Counted from the stretch's first letter, positions 9,249 to 20,213 are shown. The stretch: DNA of 64,000 bases from Alphaproteobacteria bacterium (GCA_016869145.1 VGEU01000006.1:2210-66209); one strand, 5' to 3'. Notes: generated by a model not told the origin, from the letters alone. A program made the numbers and translations.

Positions 9249-11380
9249 GGCACGCGCATCGCCTGGACCGGCCGCTGCGCGAGAACCACCATGCTCGACG
9301 CGGTCACAGTCATCGATCCGCGCACCGCTACGGGCACCCCGTCGACGACGCCGGTCGCGGTGTCGAGGACCGTGACCCAGTCGTGATCCGCGCCGGGCGC
9401 CGGCAGCGTCCAGACGATCGCCGTCTCCGCGGCGTTCATGAGGAAGAGATAGGTCTCGTCGATGCGGCCCGGCGCCGTTTCGTCCGCATAGGCGCCCTCT
9501 CCCGAAAGCACGAACCCGAGCGCGCGCGTCTCCGCCGCGTGCCAATCGGCGACCTTCATCGTCCGCCCCGACGGATGCAGCCAGCGGACGTCATGGTCGG
9601 CCGGATCGGCCGTTTCCCCCCCGCGCAGGAAGCGTGAGCGACGAAAGCTCGGATGACGGCGACGCAGCTCGATCAAGGCGTGGACGAAGCGGGCGAGATC
9701 GGCGAAGCCCGGCGACGGCTCGGTCCAATCGATCCAGCCGGTCGCGTTGTCCTGGCAATAGGCGTTGTTGTTGCCGCCTTGGCTCCGGCCGCGCTCGTCG
9801 CCGGCGAGGAGCATCGGCGTTCCCTGCGCGAGGAGAAGCGTGGCGAGCATGTTGCGCATGTCGCGGAGACGCGCGGCGCGGATCACCGGATCGGGGCTTT
9901 CGCCTTCGACGCCGTGGTTGCGGCTGTGATTGGCGTCGGTGCCGTCGCGGTTGTCCTCGCCGTTCGCCTCGTTGTGCTTGGTCGCGTGGCTCACGAGATC
10001 GCGCAACGTAAACCCGTCATGTGCGGTGACGAAGTTGACGCTCGACCACGGCCGCCGTCCGGCGCGGCGGAAGAGGTCGCTCGATCCTGCGATGCGCGAG
10101 GCGAGCGGCCCGACGAGCCCCGGCTCGCCCATCCAGAAGCGACGCACCGTATCGCGGAACTGGTCGTTCCACTCCGACCAGCCGGGCGGGAAGCCGCCGA
10201 GCCGGTAGCCGCCGAGGCCCAAATCCCACTGCTCCGCGATCATCTTGACCCGACCGAGGACAGGATCCTGGGCGAGCGCCTGGAAGAAGGCCGCGCGGGG
10301 ATCGAACGCGCCGCGTTCATCGCGCGCGAGCGCCGGCGCGAGATCGAAGCGGAAGCCGTCGACGCCGATGGTTGCGGCCCAGTAGCGGAGCGAATCGAGG
10401 ACGAGCTGCATGACACGCGGATGCGACACGTCGAGCGTATTGCCGCATCCCGTGACGTCGACATGGCGCGACCGGTCGGCGGGGTCGAGGCGGTAATAGA
10501 CCGCGTTGTCGAGACCGCGGAACGAAAGGGTCGGCCCGTGCTCGTTGCCCTCACCGGTGTGGTTGAACACGACATCGAGGATGACCTCGATCCCGGCGGC
10601 GTGCAGGAGCGCGACGAGGGCGCGGAACTCCTCGCTATCGCCGCTCGCGAGAAAACGTGGCGCGATCGCCTGGAACGCGATCGGGTTGTAGCCCCAGTAG
10701 TTGCGGAGCCCGCGGCCGACGAGATGGTGCTCGTCGATGAAGGCCTGCACCGGCATCAGCTCGATCGCGTTGATCCCGAGCGCGACGAGATAGTCGATCA
10801 CGGCCGGCGTCGCGAGCCCCGCCGCGGTGCCGCGCAGTCGCGGCGTCACCGCCGGGTGAAGCCGCGTGAACCCGGCGAGATGCATCTCATAGATCACGCT
10901 CTCCGACCACGGAACACGCGGACGCGCCTGTCCGCTGTCATCCGAGGCCGCGACGATGCGGCACTTGGGCACGACCGGCGCGCTGTCGCGCCGGTCGAAG
11001 GACTTCGTGCCGTCGGGATGCCCGACCACGAACCCGTAAAGGGCGTCGTCCCAGACGAAGGAGCCGACGAGCGCCCTGGCGTAGGGATCGATGAGGAGCT
11101 TGTGATGGTTGAACCGATGGCCGGCGGCGGGATCGCAGGGTCCGTGGGCGCGGAGCCCGTAGAGCATGCCGGGGCGGAGGTCCGGGAAATAGCCGTGCCA
11201 GACCTGGTCGGTGTATTCGGCGAGGACGGTGCGCGACCGTTCGACCATGCCGGTCTCGTCGAAGGTGCAGAGCTCGACGCGCAGGGCGTTCTCGGAGAAG
11301 ACCGCGACGTTGACGCCGCGGCCGTCCCACGTCGCGCCGAGCGGCGCGGGCTCGCCGGCGAGAACCCGGAGCGCCGTCAT
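9245..11380 (-). CDS. glgX: glycogen debranching enzyme GlgX (GH13)
   Basis: ORF 9245..11851. Start [30 protein letters not shown] matches the E. coli GlgX N-terminus. ATG at 11380 overlaps the glgB stop (ATGA). Confidence 0.85.
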   Translation of the reverse strand: MTALRVLAGEPAPLGATWDGRGVNVAVFSENALRVELCTFDETGMVERSRTVLAEYTDQVWHGYFPDLRPGMLYGLRAHGPCDPAAGHRFNHHKLLIDPYARALVGSFVWDDALYGFVVGHPDGTKSFDRRDSAPVVPKCRIVAASDDSGQARPRVPWSESVIYEMHLAGFTRLHPAVTPRLRGTAAGLATPAVIDYLVALGINAIELMPVQAFIDEHHLVGRGLRNYWGYNPIAFQAIAPRFLASGDSEEFRALVALLHAAGIEVILDVVFNHTGEGNEHGPTLSFRGLDNAVYYRLDPADRSRHVDVTGCGNTLDVSHPRVMQLVLDSLRYWAATIGVDGFRFDLAPALARDERGAFDPRAAFFQALAQDPVLGRVKMIAEQWDLGLGGYRLGGFPPGWSEWNDQFRDTVRRFWMGEPGLVGPLASRIAGSSDLFRRAGRRPWSSVNFVTAHDGFTLRDLVSHATKHNEANGEDNRDGTDANHSRNHGVEGESPDPVIRAARLRDMRNMLATLLLAQGTPMLLAGDERGRSQGGNNNAYCQDNATGWIDWTEPSPGFADLARFVHALIELRRRHPSFRRSRFLRGGETADPADHDVRWLHPSGRTMKVADWHAAETRALGFVLSGEGAYADETAPGRIDETYLFLMNAAETAIVWTLPAPGADHDWVTVLDTATGVVDGVPVAVRGSMTVTASSMVVLAQRPVQAMRVP

Positions 11381-13557
11381 CCCGGCCGCCCAATGTCGCC
11401 TGAGCCCGGCGACAGGAAGACGACCGCGGCGAGCGGCGGCAAGGTGAGCCGGACCGACCAGGCGTGGCCGTGGCAAGCCACCGCCTCGGCCGCGACGCCG
11501 CCCGCGTTCCCGACCCCGCTGCCGCCATAGATCACGGCATCGCTGTTGAGACGCTCGCGGTAGAAGCCCACCTCTGGCACGCCGATACGATAGTCGCGCC
11601 GGACGACCGGGGTGAAATTGCACGCGACGACGACGAAGGCGCGATGATCGTCGCCGCGCCGGATATAGGCGACGACCGAGCTCTCGGCGTCGGTGCAGTC
11701 GATCCAGGCGAAGCCGTGCGGCTCGTGATCGGCCTGATGGAGCGCCGGCAATCCGCGGTAGATCGCATTGAGATCGCGCACGAGATCGCGCACGCCCCTG
11801 TGCATCGGATCGTCGAGGAGCTGCCAGTCGAGACCGATGTCGTGGTTCCATTCGCGCACCTGCGCGAACTCACCGCCCATGAACAGGAGCTTCTTGCCGG
11901 GCTGCGTGTAGAGGAACGTGTAGTATAGACGGAGGTTCGCGAATTTCTGCCAGCGGTCGCCCGGCATCTTCGACCATAGCGAGCCCTTGCCGTGCGCCAC
12001 CTCGTCGTGCGAGAGCGGCAGAACGAAATTCTCGTTGAACGCGTAGAGGAGCCCGAAGGTCAGCTTGTCGTGATGCCAGCGGCGGTGGATCGGGTCCTCG
12101 CGCATATAGGCGAGCGTGTCGTACATCCAACCCATGTTCCACTTGAAGCCGAAGCCGAGACCGCCGGCATGCACCGGGCGCGACACCATCGGCCACGCGG
12201 TCGATTCCTCGGCGATCGTCACGAGCCCCTCGTTGCGGCCGTAGACAAGCGTGTTGAGCCGGCGCAGAAAGGCGATCGCCTCGAGGTTCTCGTTGCCGCC
12301 GTAGCGGTTCGCGATCCACGATCCCGGCTCGCGCGAATAGTCGAGATAGAGCATGGACGCGACGGCATCGACGCGGAGACCGTCGATGTGGAAGACGTCG
12401 GCCCAGTAGAGCGCGTTGGCGACAAGTTAGTTGGCGACCTCGTTGCGGCCGAAATTGTAGATCAGCGTGTTCCAGTCCATGTGGCGGCCCTGGCGCGGGT
12501 CGGCATGCTCGTAGAGATGCGTGCCGTCGAACCAGCCGAGCCCGTGCGGATCGCTCGGGAAATGGCCCGGCTCCCAGTCGACGATGATGCCGATCCCGGC
12601 ATCGTGGAACCGATCGACCAGTGCGCGGAAATCGTCGGGCGAGCCGAACCGGCTCGTCGGGGCGAACAGCCCGATCGGCTGATAGCCCCACGAGCCGTCG
12701 AACGGATGCTCGGCGACGTAGGGCACGAGCTCGTCGGCGAGCTCGCCGTACCAGAGAGGGCGTCCGCCTTCGTCGAGCCGTCGCCGCCAAGAACCGAGAT
12801 GGACCTCGTAGATCGCCATCGGCGACCGCCGCGGATCGTTGCCCGCGCGATGCGCCCGCCACGCCGCATCGCGCCAGATGTAGCGGGGCGGGTCGGTCAC
12901 GATGGCCGCGTTGCCGGGCGGACGCTCGAAGAAGAGCCCGCACGGGTCGGCCTTGAGCGGCAGGAGTGCCCCGTCGCGGCCCTTGATCTCGAATTTGTAG
13001 AGCGTGCCGGCGCCGGCCCCGGGGAGCAATATCTCCCACACGCCGTTCCGGTTCCGCATCGGGTTGACGCGACCGTCCCAGCGATTGAAGTCGCCGACAA
13101 CGCTGACCCGTCGCGCGTTCGGCGCCCAGACCGCGACCGCCGTGCCCACGACGCCGGCGACCTCGACCACGCGCGCGCCGAGCGTCTCGTAGAGGCGGAG
13201 ATGGTTGCCCTCGGCGATCAGATGGACGTCGAGCTCGCCGAGCACCGGCGGGAAGCGGTAGGGGGCGTCGCGCTCGACGGCGCCGTTGCCGTAGTCGATG
13301 TGGAGCCGATAGGGGATCGGCCACACACGCGCATCGATCGGGCCGGCGAAGAACCCCGTCTCGTGGCTGAGGCGAAGATCGCCGAGGCTCACGCCGGTCT
13401 CGTCGATCACCGCGACCGAGCGGGCGTCGGGCTCGAACACCCGCACCGCGACGGTGCCGTCGGGAGCGCGATGCGGACCGAGGATGGCGAACGGGTCACC
13501 GTGTTCGCCGGCGACCAGGGCCGCGATAGAATCGGCTGACGGGAGCGATGCGGACAC
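11377..13557 (-). pseudogene. glgB: 1,4-alpha-glucan branching enzyme GlgB, interrupted by an in-frame TAA at 12427-12429
   Basis: Two same-frame minus ORFs (12427..13557 and 11377..12354) with 24 in-frame codons between them. The read-through gives [42 protein letters not shown], colinear with GlgB across its catalytic core. Confidence 0.8.
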
Positions 13558-13569
13558 CGCGGCTACCGG

Positions 13570-15264
13570 CTAGCGCAGATAGGCTTCGGTCGCGTAGCGG
13601 CGCATCATGCGCTGGCTGTTGAAGTAGGCGGGGATCTTGCTGATCGACTCTTTCATCATGAAGACCCATCCCGCCCGATCGGCGTGGAACTTGGGAAGAA
13701 CCACGGCATCGAGCTTGTCATAGAGCGAGACCGCGTGTTCGGCGGGGGAATCGCCCGCCGCGCCGACCGCCCAGCCGGTGCGGCCCTCGATCCACGCCTC
13801 CATCCACCAGCCATCGAGGACACTGAGATTGAGGACGCCATTCAACGCCGCCTTCATGCCGCTCGTGCCCGAGGCCTCGAGCGGCGGCATCGGCGTATTG
13901 AGCCAGACGTCCGCGCCTGCGACCAGAAGCTTCGCCATCGCCATGTCGTAGCCGGGGAGGAAGACGATCGGGATGGTGCCCTGGAGCGCGCGAATCGTCG
14001 CGTGGATCTCCTCGATCAAGCGTTTGCCCTGCTCGTCGCGCGGATGCGCCTTGCCGGCGAGAACGACCTGGAACGGGTGGCGGCGACGGATCGCCTTGAG
14101 CCGGGCGAGATCGCTGAACAGGAGATCGGGGCGCTTGTAGCCGGTCATCCGGCGCGCCAATCCGATGATGGGCTGATCGAGCGCGAAGCCGAGGCCGGTC
14201 GCGGTCCGGACATGGTCGATCAGCCGCCGCTTGGCCTCGACATGCGCCGACCATATGGCAGCATCATCGAGGAGATCGGCCCGCATCAACGACTCAGGTT
14301 CGTGCACCCAGTTCGGGAAGTGGCGATCGAACAGCGCGGCGAAGCTCGGCGCCGCCCAGGTCCCGACGTGGATGCCGTTGGTGATGGCGCGGATGCGGTA
14401 GCCCGGATAGAGCCGGTGCGCCGTGCGCGCGTGCTGCTCGGCGACACCATTGACGTAACCCGAGAGCGATAGAGCGAGCTGAGTCATGTTACACCGCTCG
14501 GCTCCGGCCAGAAGCCGCAGCTGATCGATCTCGATCAGGCCGCCGAGCACACGCGCGACGAGCTCGTACGGGAACTGGTCGTGCGCGGAAACGACCGGCG
14601 TGTGCGTCGTGAAGATGCACCGCGCCTTCACGTGCGCGACATCATAGGCGCAGCCGTTTGCCGCGAGATCGGTCGAGGGCAGCCGCTCGCGGCGCAAGAG
14701 CTCCACCGCGAGCAACGCGGCATGCCCTTCGTTCAGATGGTAGGTCCCGACCTCGAAACCGAGCGCGCGAAACAGCCGGACGCCGCCGATCCCGAGAACC
14801 GCCTCTTGCTTCAGACGGTAGCCCTCGTCACGGCCATAGAGGCAGTGCGTGATCGTTCGGTCCTCGGCAGCATTGTCCTCTACGTCGGTGTCGAGGAGGA
14901 GCACCGGCACCGCCTCGCCGCTGCCGTCCTTGAGAAGATGGAGCCAGGCCCGCACCCATACCGGACGGCCGTCGAGATCGACGGTGATCTTGGCCCCGAG
15001 CGGCGCCGCCCACGCGGCCGGATCCCAGGGATCGTGGCCGTGGACCTGAAGTCCGGCAGCGTCGATCTCCTGACGCAGATAGCCGAACCGGCTGACCAGC
15101 GTGACGAACACCACCGGAAGACCGAGATCGAGACACGAGCGCGCGGTATCGCCGGCGAGCACGCTGAGACCGCCGCTATAGGTGTGGATCTCGGGATGCA
15201 ACGCGATCTCCATCGTGAAATAGGCGATGCGCGTGCGCGCGACGATCGCGTCGAAGGGCGTCAC
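13570..15264 (-). CDS. alpha-glucan family phosphorylase (short GT35 maltodextrin/glycogen phosphorylase type)
   Basis: 564-aa ORF. Contains the SGTSGMKAALNG PLP motif. Immediately upstream of glgB on the same strand. Confidence 0.8.
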   Translation of the reverse strand: MTPFDAIVARTRIAYFTMEIALHPEIHTYSGGLSVLAGDTARSCLDLGLPVVFVTLVSRFGYLRQEIDAAGLQVHGHDPWDPAAWAAPLGAKITVDLDGRPVWVRAWLHLLKDGSGEAVPVLLLDTDVEDNAAEDRTITHCLYGRDEGYRLKQEAVLGIGGVRLFRALGFEVGTYHLNEGHAALLAVELLRRERLPSTDLAANGCAYDVAHVKARCIFTTHTPVVSAHDQFPYELVARVLGGLIEIDQLRLLAGAERCNMTQLALSLSGYVNGVAEQHARTAHRLYPGYRIRAITNGIHVGTWAAPSFAALFDRHFPNWVHEPESLMRADLLDDAAIWSAHVEAKRRLIDHVRTATGLGFALDQPIIGLARRMTGYKRPDLLFSDLARLKAIRRRHPFQVVLAGKAHPRDEQGKRLIEEIHATIRALQGTIPIVFLPGYDMAMAKLLVAGADVWLNTPMPPLEASGTSGMKAALNGVLNLSVLDGWWMEAWIEGRTGWAVGAAGDSPAEHAVSLYDKLDAVVLPKFHADRAGWVFMMKESISKIPAYFNSQRMMRRYATEAYLR

Positions 15265-15469
15265 GGTACCGTCTCTACGGAGGTGGGGCGGTCATTCTTG
15301 ATCCCGATCAACTGTCGCGCCGGCGCTTGGCTCGATCGCGCGAGCCTAAAGTCACACGGCGGTCATCGCGCCTGATGTACGTTAAGGACTCGTAAAGCAA
15401 ACCTGTTGCAGAAAGACGAAACAGCGCCGGTCCGCGCACACCGCGCGGCCGCCATTCGGGGATCGGCCC

Positions 15470-16972
15470 GTGCGCACACTCTTCGTCTCGTCGGAGATCT
15501 ATCCGCTCGCCAAGACCGGCGGTCTCGCCGACGTCAGCGCCGCGCTCCCCGCCGCCCTCGCCGGGCAATGCACCGACATGCGGCTGTTGCTGCCGAGCTA
15601 TGTCCCGGCGCTCGACCAGGCCCGGTTGACTGGGCGCGATGTCGATCTCGGCGAGATTCTGGGGTTCGGACCCGTGCGTCTCCTCGGCGCGCGCACGCCC
15701 GACAGCGACCTGCCGCTCTGGCTCGTCGACTGCCCGGCACTCTTCCGGCGCGACGGCACGCCCTATCAGCAGGCGAACGGGGCCGACTGGCCGGACAATC
15801 ATCTCCGCTTCGCGTTGTTCGCCCATGCCGCGGCGCGGCTCGCGCTCGATCGCGCCGGCCAGGACTGGCGGCCGGACGTGCTCCATCTCAACGACTGGCA
15901 GACCGGGCTCGTGCCCGCCATCCTCGCGGCCCAGGCGCGACCGCGCCCGCGCACGCTCCTCACCATCCACAATGTCGCGTTCCAGGGGGATTTCCCCGGA
16001 GGCGTCTTCCCCCGGCTCGGTCTCGCGCCCTGGCTCTACAGCCCCGACGGGATCGAGTTCTACGGTCAGGTCTCCTTCCTCAAGGCCGGCATCCGGTTCG
16101 CCGACAAGTTGACGACGGTCAGCCCGACCTATGCGCGCGAGATCCTGACTCCCAAGCGCGGCTGCGGCCTCGACGGCGTCCTCGGAACGCGCGCGCGCGA
16201 TCTCGTCGGCATCCTCAACGGCGTCGACTACAGTGTCTGGTCGCCGACGCACGGGCTGAACCTCGCCGCGCGCTTCGGTCCGCAGGATCTCGTCGGCAAA
16301 GAGGCGTGCAAGGCGTCCCTCCAGCGCGAGCTCGGCCTCGAGACGTCCGAACGGGCTCCACTCCTCGTCTTCGTCAACCGGCTCACCGAGCAGAAGATGG
16401 CCGATGTCCTGCCCGACGCGGTCGCCTCGATCTGCCGCCGTGGTGGCCAGCTTGCCGTTCTCGGTCGCGGCGATCCCGGCATCGAGGCGCGGGTGCGCGC
16501 GATGGGTCGCGAACAGCCCGGACGGGTCGCGGTCCGCATCGGCTATGACGAGCCCTCCGCGCGCCGGATGAAGGCCGGTGGCGACTTCTCGCTCGTGCCG
16601 TCGCGGTTCGAGCCCTGCGGCCTGACCCAGCTCTACGCCATGCGCTATGGCGCGGTGCCGATCGTGAGCCGCGTCGGCGGGCTCTCCGATACGGTCGTCG
16701 ACACCGACGACACCACCGTCTCGACCGACACGGCGACCGGTGTCGTGTTCGACGCGGTCGATCTCTCCGGCCTTCTCGGCGCGATCGACCGAGCCTTCGC
16801 CCTGTTCGAGAGCGACGAGACCCTGCGACAGGTCCGCCGCCGCGGCATGACGGTCGATTTCGGCTGGAGCCGCTCGGCGGTGCGCTATCGCGAACTCTAT
16901 GAACTCCTCGCCGGCACGTCGGATCGAGCCCCCGAAGGACGCGCACCGTCGATCGCCGACGCCGCCGCCTGA
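15470..16972 (+). CDS. glgA: glycogen synthase (ADP-glucose type, GT5)
   Basis: 500 aa. N-terminal SSEIYPLAKTGGLADV motif. Divergent from the minus-strand glycogen operon. Confidence 0.88.
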   Translation: MRTLFVSSEIYPLAKTGGLADVSAALPAALAGQCTDMRLLLPSYVPALDQARLTGRDVDLGEILGFGPVRLLGARTPDSDLPLWLVDCPALFRRDGTPYQQANGADWPDNHLRFALFAHAAARLALDRAGQDWRPDVLHLNDWQTGLVPAILAAQARPRPRTLLTIHNVAFQGDFPGGVFPRLGLAPWLYSPDGIEFYGQVSFLKAGIRFADKLTTVSPTYAREILTPKRGCGLDGVLGTRARDLVGILNGVDYSVWSPTHGLNLAARFGPQDLVGKEACKASLQRELGLETSERAPLLVFVNRLTEQKMADVLPDAVASICRRGGQLAVLGRGDPGIEARVRAMGREQPGRVAVRIGYDEPSARRMKAGGDFSLVPSRFEPCGLTQLYAMRYGAVPIVSRVGGLSDTVVDTDDTTVSTDTATGVVFDAVDLSGLLGAIDRAFALFESDETLRQVRRRGMTVDFGWSRSAVRYRELYELLAGTSDRAPEGRAPSIADAAA

Positions 16973-17059
16973 TACGAACGGATCCCTTGCGATTCTCACC
17001 CGCGCGGCCGCACGATCGCGCGGCCCCTGCCCGTCAACAACGAGCCTCTCTAGACCACC

Positions 17060-17791
17060 ATGGACGTCAAGGAAGAGGAGATCCTCGGCGAGCATGTATC
17101 GTCGCACTGGTACTATGTGAGCAAGGGCCGAGCGCTCCGTGCCTTCGTCGCCGGGATCGCGCCGCGCTCGATCCTCGACATCGGCGCCGGCTCGGGCATC
17201 TTCTCCAAGCTCCTGATCGAGCACGGCGCCGCCGAGGCGACACTCGTTGACACCGCGTATGAGAACGACCGCGACGTCGACCATCGCGGCAAGCCGATCC
17301 GATTCCGGCGCCACATCGAGGCGACCGAGGCGGATCTCGCGCTGATGATGGACGTGATCGAGCACGTCGACGACGACGTCGGGCTGATCCGGAGCTATGC
17401 CCGTCTGATGCGGCCGGGATCGCACGTGCTGATCACCGTGCCCGCGTTCCAGGCGCTCTTTTCCGCCCACGATCTCTTTCTCGAGCACCGCCGGCGCTAC
17501 GGCCGCCACCAGCTCGAAAACGTGGTCCGCGCCGCCGGCCTCGAGCCGGTACGAACCCGGTTCTTCTTCGGGCTGATCCTGCCGCTCGCGGCGTTGCAGC
17601 GTCTCGTCGAGCGGGTCGCGATGGCGCGCGGGGCGATGGTGCCGAAGAGCAGCCTCAAGCGCCACGGCGCGGTCGTCAACCGCGCGCTGATCGCCGCGCA
17701 CGCGGCCGAGCTCCGGTTCCTCGGCCTCAACCGCTGGCTCAGGCTCACGATCTTCTGCCTCGCCAGGGTGCCGGCGGGCGGCCTGCGTTGA
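17060..17791 (+). CDS. class I SAM-dependent methyltransferase
   Basis: 243 aa. Glycine-rich SAM motif DIGAGSG. Confidence 0.65.
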   Translation: MDVKEEEILGEHVSSHWYYVSKGRALRAFVAGIAPRSILDIGAGSGIFSKLLIEHGAAEATLVDTAYENDRDVDHRGKPIRFRRHIEATEADLALMMDVIEHVDDDVGLIRSYARLMRPGSHVLITVPAFQALFSAHDLFLEHRRRYGRHQLENVVRAAGLEPVRTRFFFGLILPLAALQRLVERVAMARGAMVPKSSLKRHGAVVNRALIAAHAAELRFLGLNRWLRLTIFCLARVPAGGLR

Positions 17792-17850
17792 AACCGGTCG
17801 CCCGCCTGTGTAGATAGGCCCGGCGACGGTCCCGCGGCGGGACCAGATCG

Positions 17851-18849
17851 ATGCGGGAGACGGCGATGGCCAAACTACCCCTCACCTTCGCGTGCGGCCC
17901 CTATGACCGCATGGAGGCGCTCAAGACCGGCGCCGTCCTGCCCGAGGGCATCGACCTCAACTTTCTCGAGATCCAGGCGCCGCGCGAGATCTTCGACCGC
18001 ATGTGCGGCCGGCAGGAGTTCGATCTGTCCGAGCTCTCGGCCTCCGAGTTCATCACCCAGACCGGTCGCGGCACATGCCCGTTCGTGGCGTTGCCGGTGT
18101 TTCCCTCGAAGGTGTTCCGCCACGGCTTCATGTTCGCCAACCGCAAGGCCGGCATCCGGACGCCCAAGGATCTCGAGGGCAAGCGCGTCGGGATCCCGCT
18201 CTACACCCAGACGGCCATGATCTGGGTCCGCGGTCACCTCCAGCACGAATACGGCGTCGATCTCCGGAAGATCCGCTGGGTGCAGGGCGCGGTCGAGAAG
18301 GCGGGCACGCACGGGACGCCGCACGCCCTCCCCCTCCTCAAGCCGGTCGAGATCGAGGTCAACCGGAGCGACAAGTCGCTCGGCGATCTCCTCGCCGAGG
18401 GTGCGATCGACGCGATCGTCGGCTCGCGCGCGCCCGACAATCTCGGCAAGCACCCCGATGTCGTCCGCATCTTCCCCGACTACCGCGCGGTCGAGCGCGA
18501 CTACTACAAGCGGACACGCATCCACCCGATCATGCACCTCGTCGCGATCCGGAAGGACGTCTACGCGCGCAACCCGTGGATCGGGAACAGCCTCTACAAG
18601 GCATTCGAGGCGGCGAGGCGCCGCGCGCTCGAGGAAATGCGCTTCTCCGGCGCGCAGAAGCTCATGCTGCCCTGGCTCTATCCCGATCTCGACGAGATCG
18701 ACGAGCTGTTCGGCGGCGATCCGTGGCCCTATGGCGTTGAGGCCAACCGGCCGACGCTCGAGGCCATGGTGCGCTACATGGTGGAGCAGGACTTCATCGC
18801 CAAGCCGATGGCGATCGAGAGCCTGTTCGTCCCCGTCGACGTTCACTGA
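17851..18849 (+). CDS. 4,5-dihydroxyphthalate decarboxylase-like protein (PhtD family, binding-protein fold, no signal peptide)
   Basis: 332 aa. Strong similarity pattern to the PhtD family (CPFVALPVFPS.VFRH...KDLEGKR.G.P.Y..TA..W.RG.L...YGV). Confidence 0.65.
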   Translation: MRETAMAKLPLTFACGPYDRMEALKTGAVLPEGIDLNFLEIQAPREIFDRMCGRQEFDLSELSASEFITQTGRGTCPFVALPVFPSKVFRHGFMFANRKAGIRTPKDLEGKRVGIPLYTQTAMIWVRGHLQHEYGVDLRKIRWVQGAVEKAGTHGTPHALPLLKPVEIEVNRSDKSLGDLLAEGAIDAIVGSRAPDNLGKHPDVVRIFPDYRAVERDYYKRTRIHPIMHLVAIRKDVYARNPWIGNSLYKAFEAARRRALEEMRFSGAQKLMLPWLYPDLDEIDELFGGDPWPYGVEANRPTLEAMVRYMVEQDFIAKPMAIESLFVPVDVH

Positions 18850-19289
18850 CGCGCATCACCCAGCGTCCGACGATAGAACGCCGCCGCATCGCGCATGAAG
18901 TCGATGCGCGAGGCGGTGTGGGTATAGAACATGTGGCCGCCGTGATAGTTGGTGAGGGCGACGTTCCGGCGCAGCTCGGGCGCGAGCGCCATCTGGCTCA
19001 CGACATAGCTCGACGCGAAATACGGCGTGATGATGTCGAACCAGCCATGCACGACCCAGCGCCCGAGACGCGGGTTGCGCGAGAGCGCGAGCTTGAGCGC
19101 ATCCGCGCTGCCGGCGAAGCCCTGCTGCCGGTCTCCCCGCCCCGAGCGCCAGTTCCAGGCATTGCCGACCTCGCCATTGAGGATGAGATAGGGTATGTCG
19201 GTCTTGACGCCGAGCTCGCCCTTGGCATGCGCGTTGAAGCCGGCGGCCGAGGCCGACCGGCTGCCCGCGCTCGAGGCGCTGATCGAGCG
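18843..19289 (-). pseudogene. C-terminal remnant (~148 codons) of an S10-family serine carboxypeptidase-like hydrolase
   Basis: Open frame directly following the dioxygenase TGA, in the same frame. Ends ...NYHGGHMFYTH... (carboxypeptidase catalytic His region). No plausible start or N-terminal 350 aa. Confidence 0.4.
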
Positions 19290-20213
19290 TCAGCGCTCCT
19301 CGTAGTTGGTGACGAAGGACTCCGGCGCCGGCCCGTCGACCGACCACATATAGAGGCTGTCCTCCGGGGCCCACGCGCGCGGCTCCCACGGCTGGTCGGC
19401 GGCGATCCAGTCGATGTCGCAGAACATCTCGACCAGGCTGTTCCACGGGTCTCGGATGTAGTGGTAGAAATTCGACCCGATCACGTGGCGGCCGAGGCCC
19501 CAGCCATGGCCATAGCCCTTGTCGAGCATGGCGGCCGCCCCCATCGCGATCTCGTCGACCGAGCCGACCTCGAAGGATGCGTGATGGAAGCCGGGGCGAT
19601 CCGACTTCAGGAGCGCGAGCACGTGGTGGTCGCTGTCGCCCACACAGCGCATGAAGGCGATGATGCCGCCCTCGACGGTGTCCGAGATACGCATGCCGAG
19701 GACGTTGGTGTAGAACGCGGTCTGCTTCTCGACATTCGGCGTGAACAGGATCATGTGGCCGAGCCGGCGCGGCCGCACGCGGACGCCGCGCGGCGGACAG
19801 CCGCGCGCATTCACCCGCGGTCGGTGACCCGGCGTATTGAGGTCCCACCGTTCGGTCCGGACCGGCGTCGCCTCGGCGATCCGGATGTTCACCAGATGGC
19901 CGTCGAGATCGCGGAGCCAGAGACCATCCGGCGCGCCGACGAAGGGCGGATCGACGAGCTTGACGCCGGACGCCTCGATCCGGCGCTGCATCGCCCCGAT
20001 CTCGTCGGCGCGGGTGCCGAACGAGACGTGGTGGAAGCGCTTCTTCTTGCCCTCGACCAGGACGATCTGGTCCTGGTCGCGCCCGGCGCAGCGCAGGATC
20101 GCGCGGTTTCCCTCGGCACGACCCTCGAGGCCGAAATCGGTATAGAACGCGAGGCCGAGGCCCGGGTCGGGCACGGCAAGGCCGTAGTGCTGGAACGAGC
20201 GGATCATGGGCAC
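19290..20213 (-). CDS. type I extradiol ring-cleavage dioxygenase (VOC superfamily, catechol 2,3-dioxygenase-like)
   Basis: 307 aa, two-module VOC architecture with conserved His/Glu-containing segments. Confidence 0.75.
   Translation of the reverse strand: MPMIRSFQHYGLAVPDPGLGLAFYTDFGLEGRAEGNRAILRCAGRDQDQIVLVEGKKKRFHHVSFGTRADEIGAMQRRIEASGVKLVDPPFVGAPDGLWLRDLDGHLVNIRIAEATPVRTERWDLNTPGHRPRVNARGCPPRGVRVRPRRLGHMILFTPNVEKQTAFYTNVLGMRISDTVEGGIIAFMRCVGDSDHHVLALLKSDRPGFHHASFEVGSVDEIAMGAAAMLDKGYGHGWGLGRHVIGSNFYHYIRDPWNSLVEMFCDIDWIAADQPWEPRAWAPEDSLYMWSVDGPAPESFVTNYEER

Noticed and set aside
7182-9386. 734-aa plus-strand ORF
   Set aside because: Antisense to malQ/glgX, with R/D/E-rich noise.
9653-11530. 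625-aa plus-strand ORF
   Set aside because: Antisense to glgX.
11992-13539. 515-aa plus-strand ORF
   Set aside because: Antisense to glgB.
15308-17701. 797-aa minus-strand ORF
   Set aside because: Antisense to glgA and the methyltransferase, with no recognisable domains.
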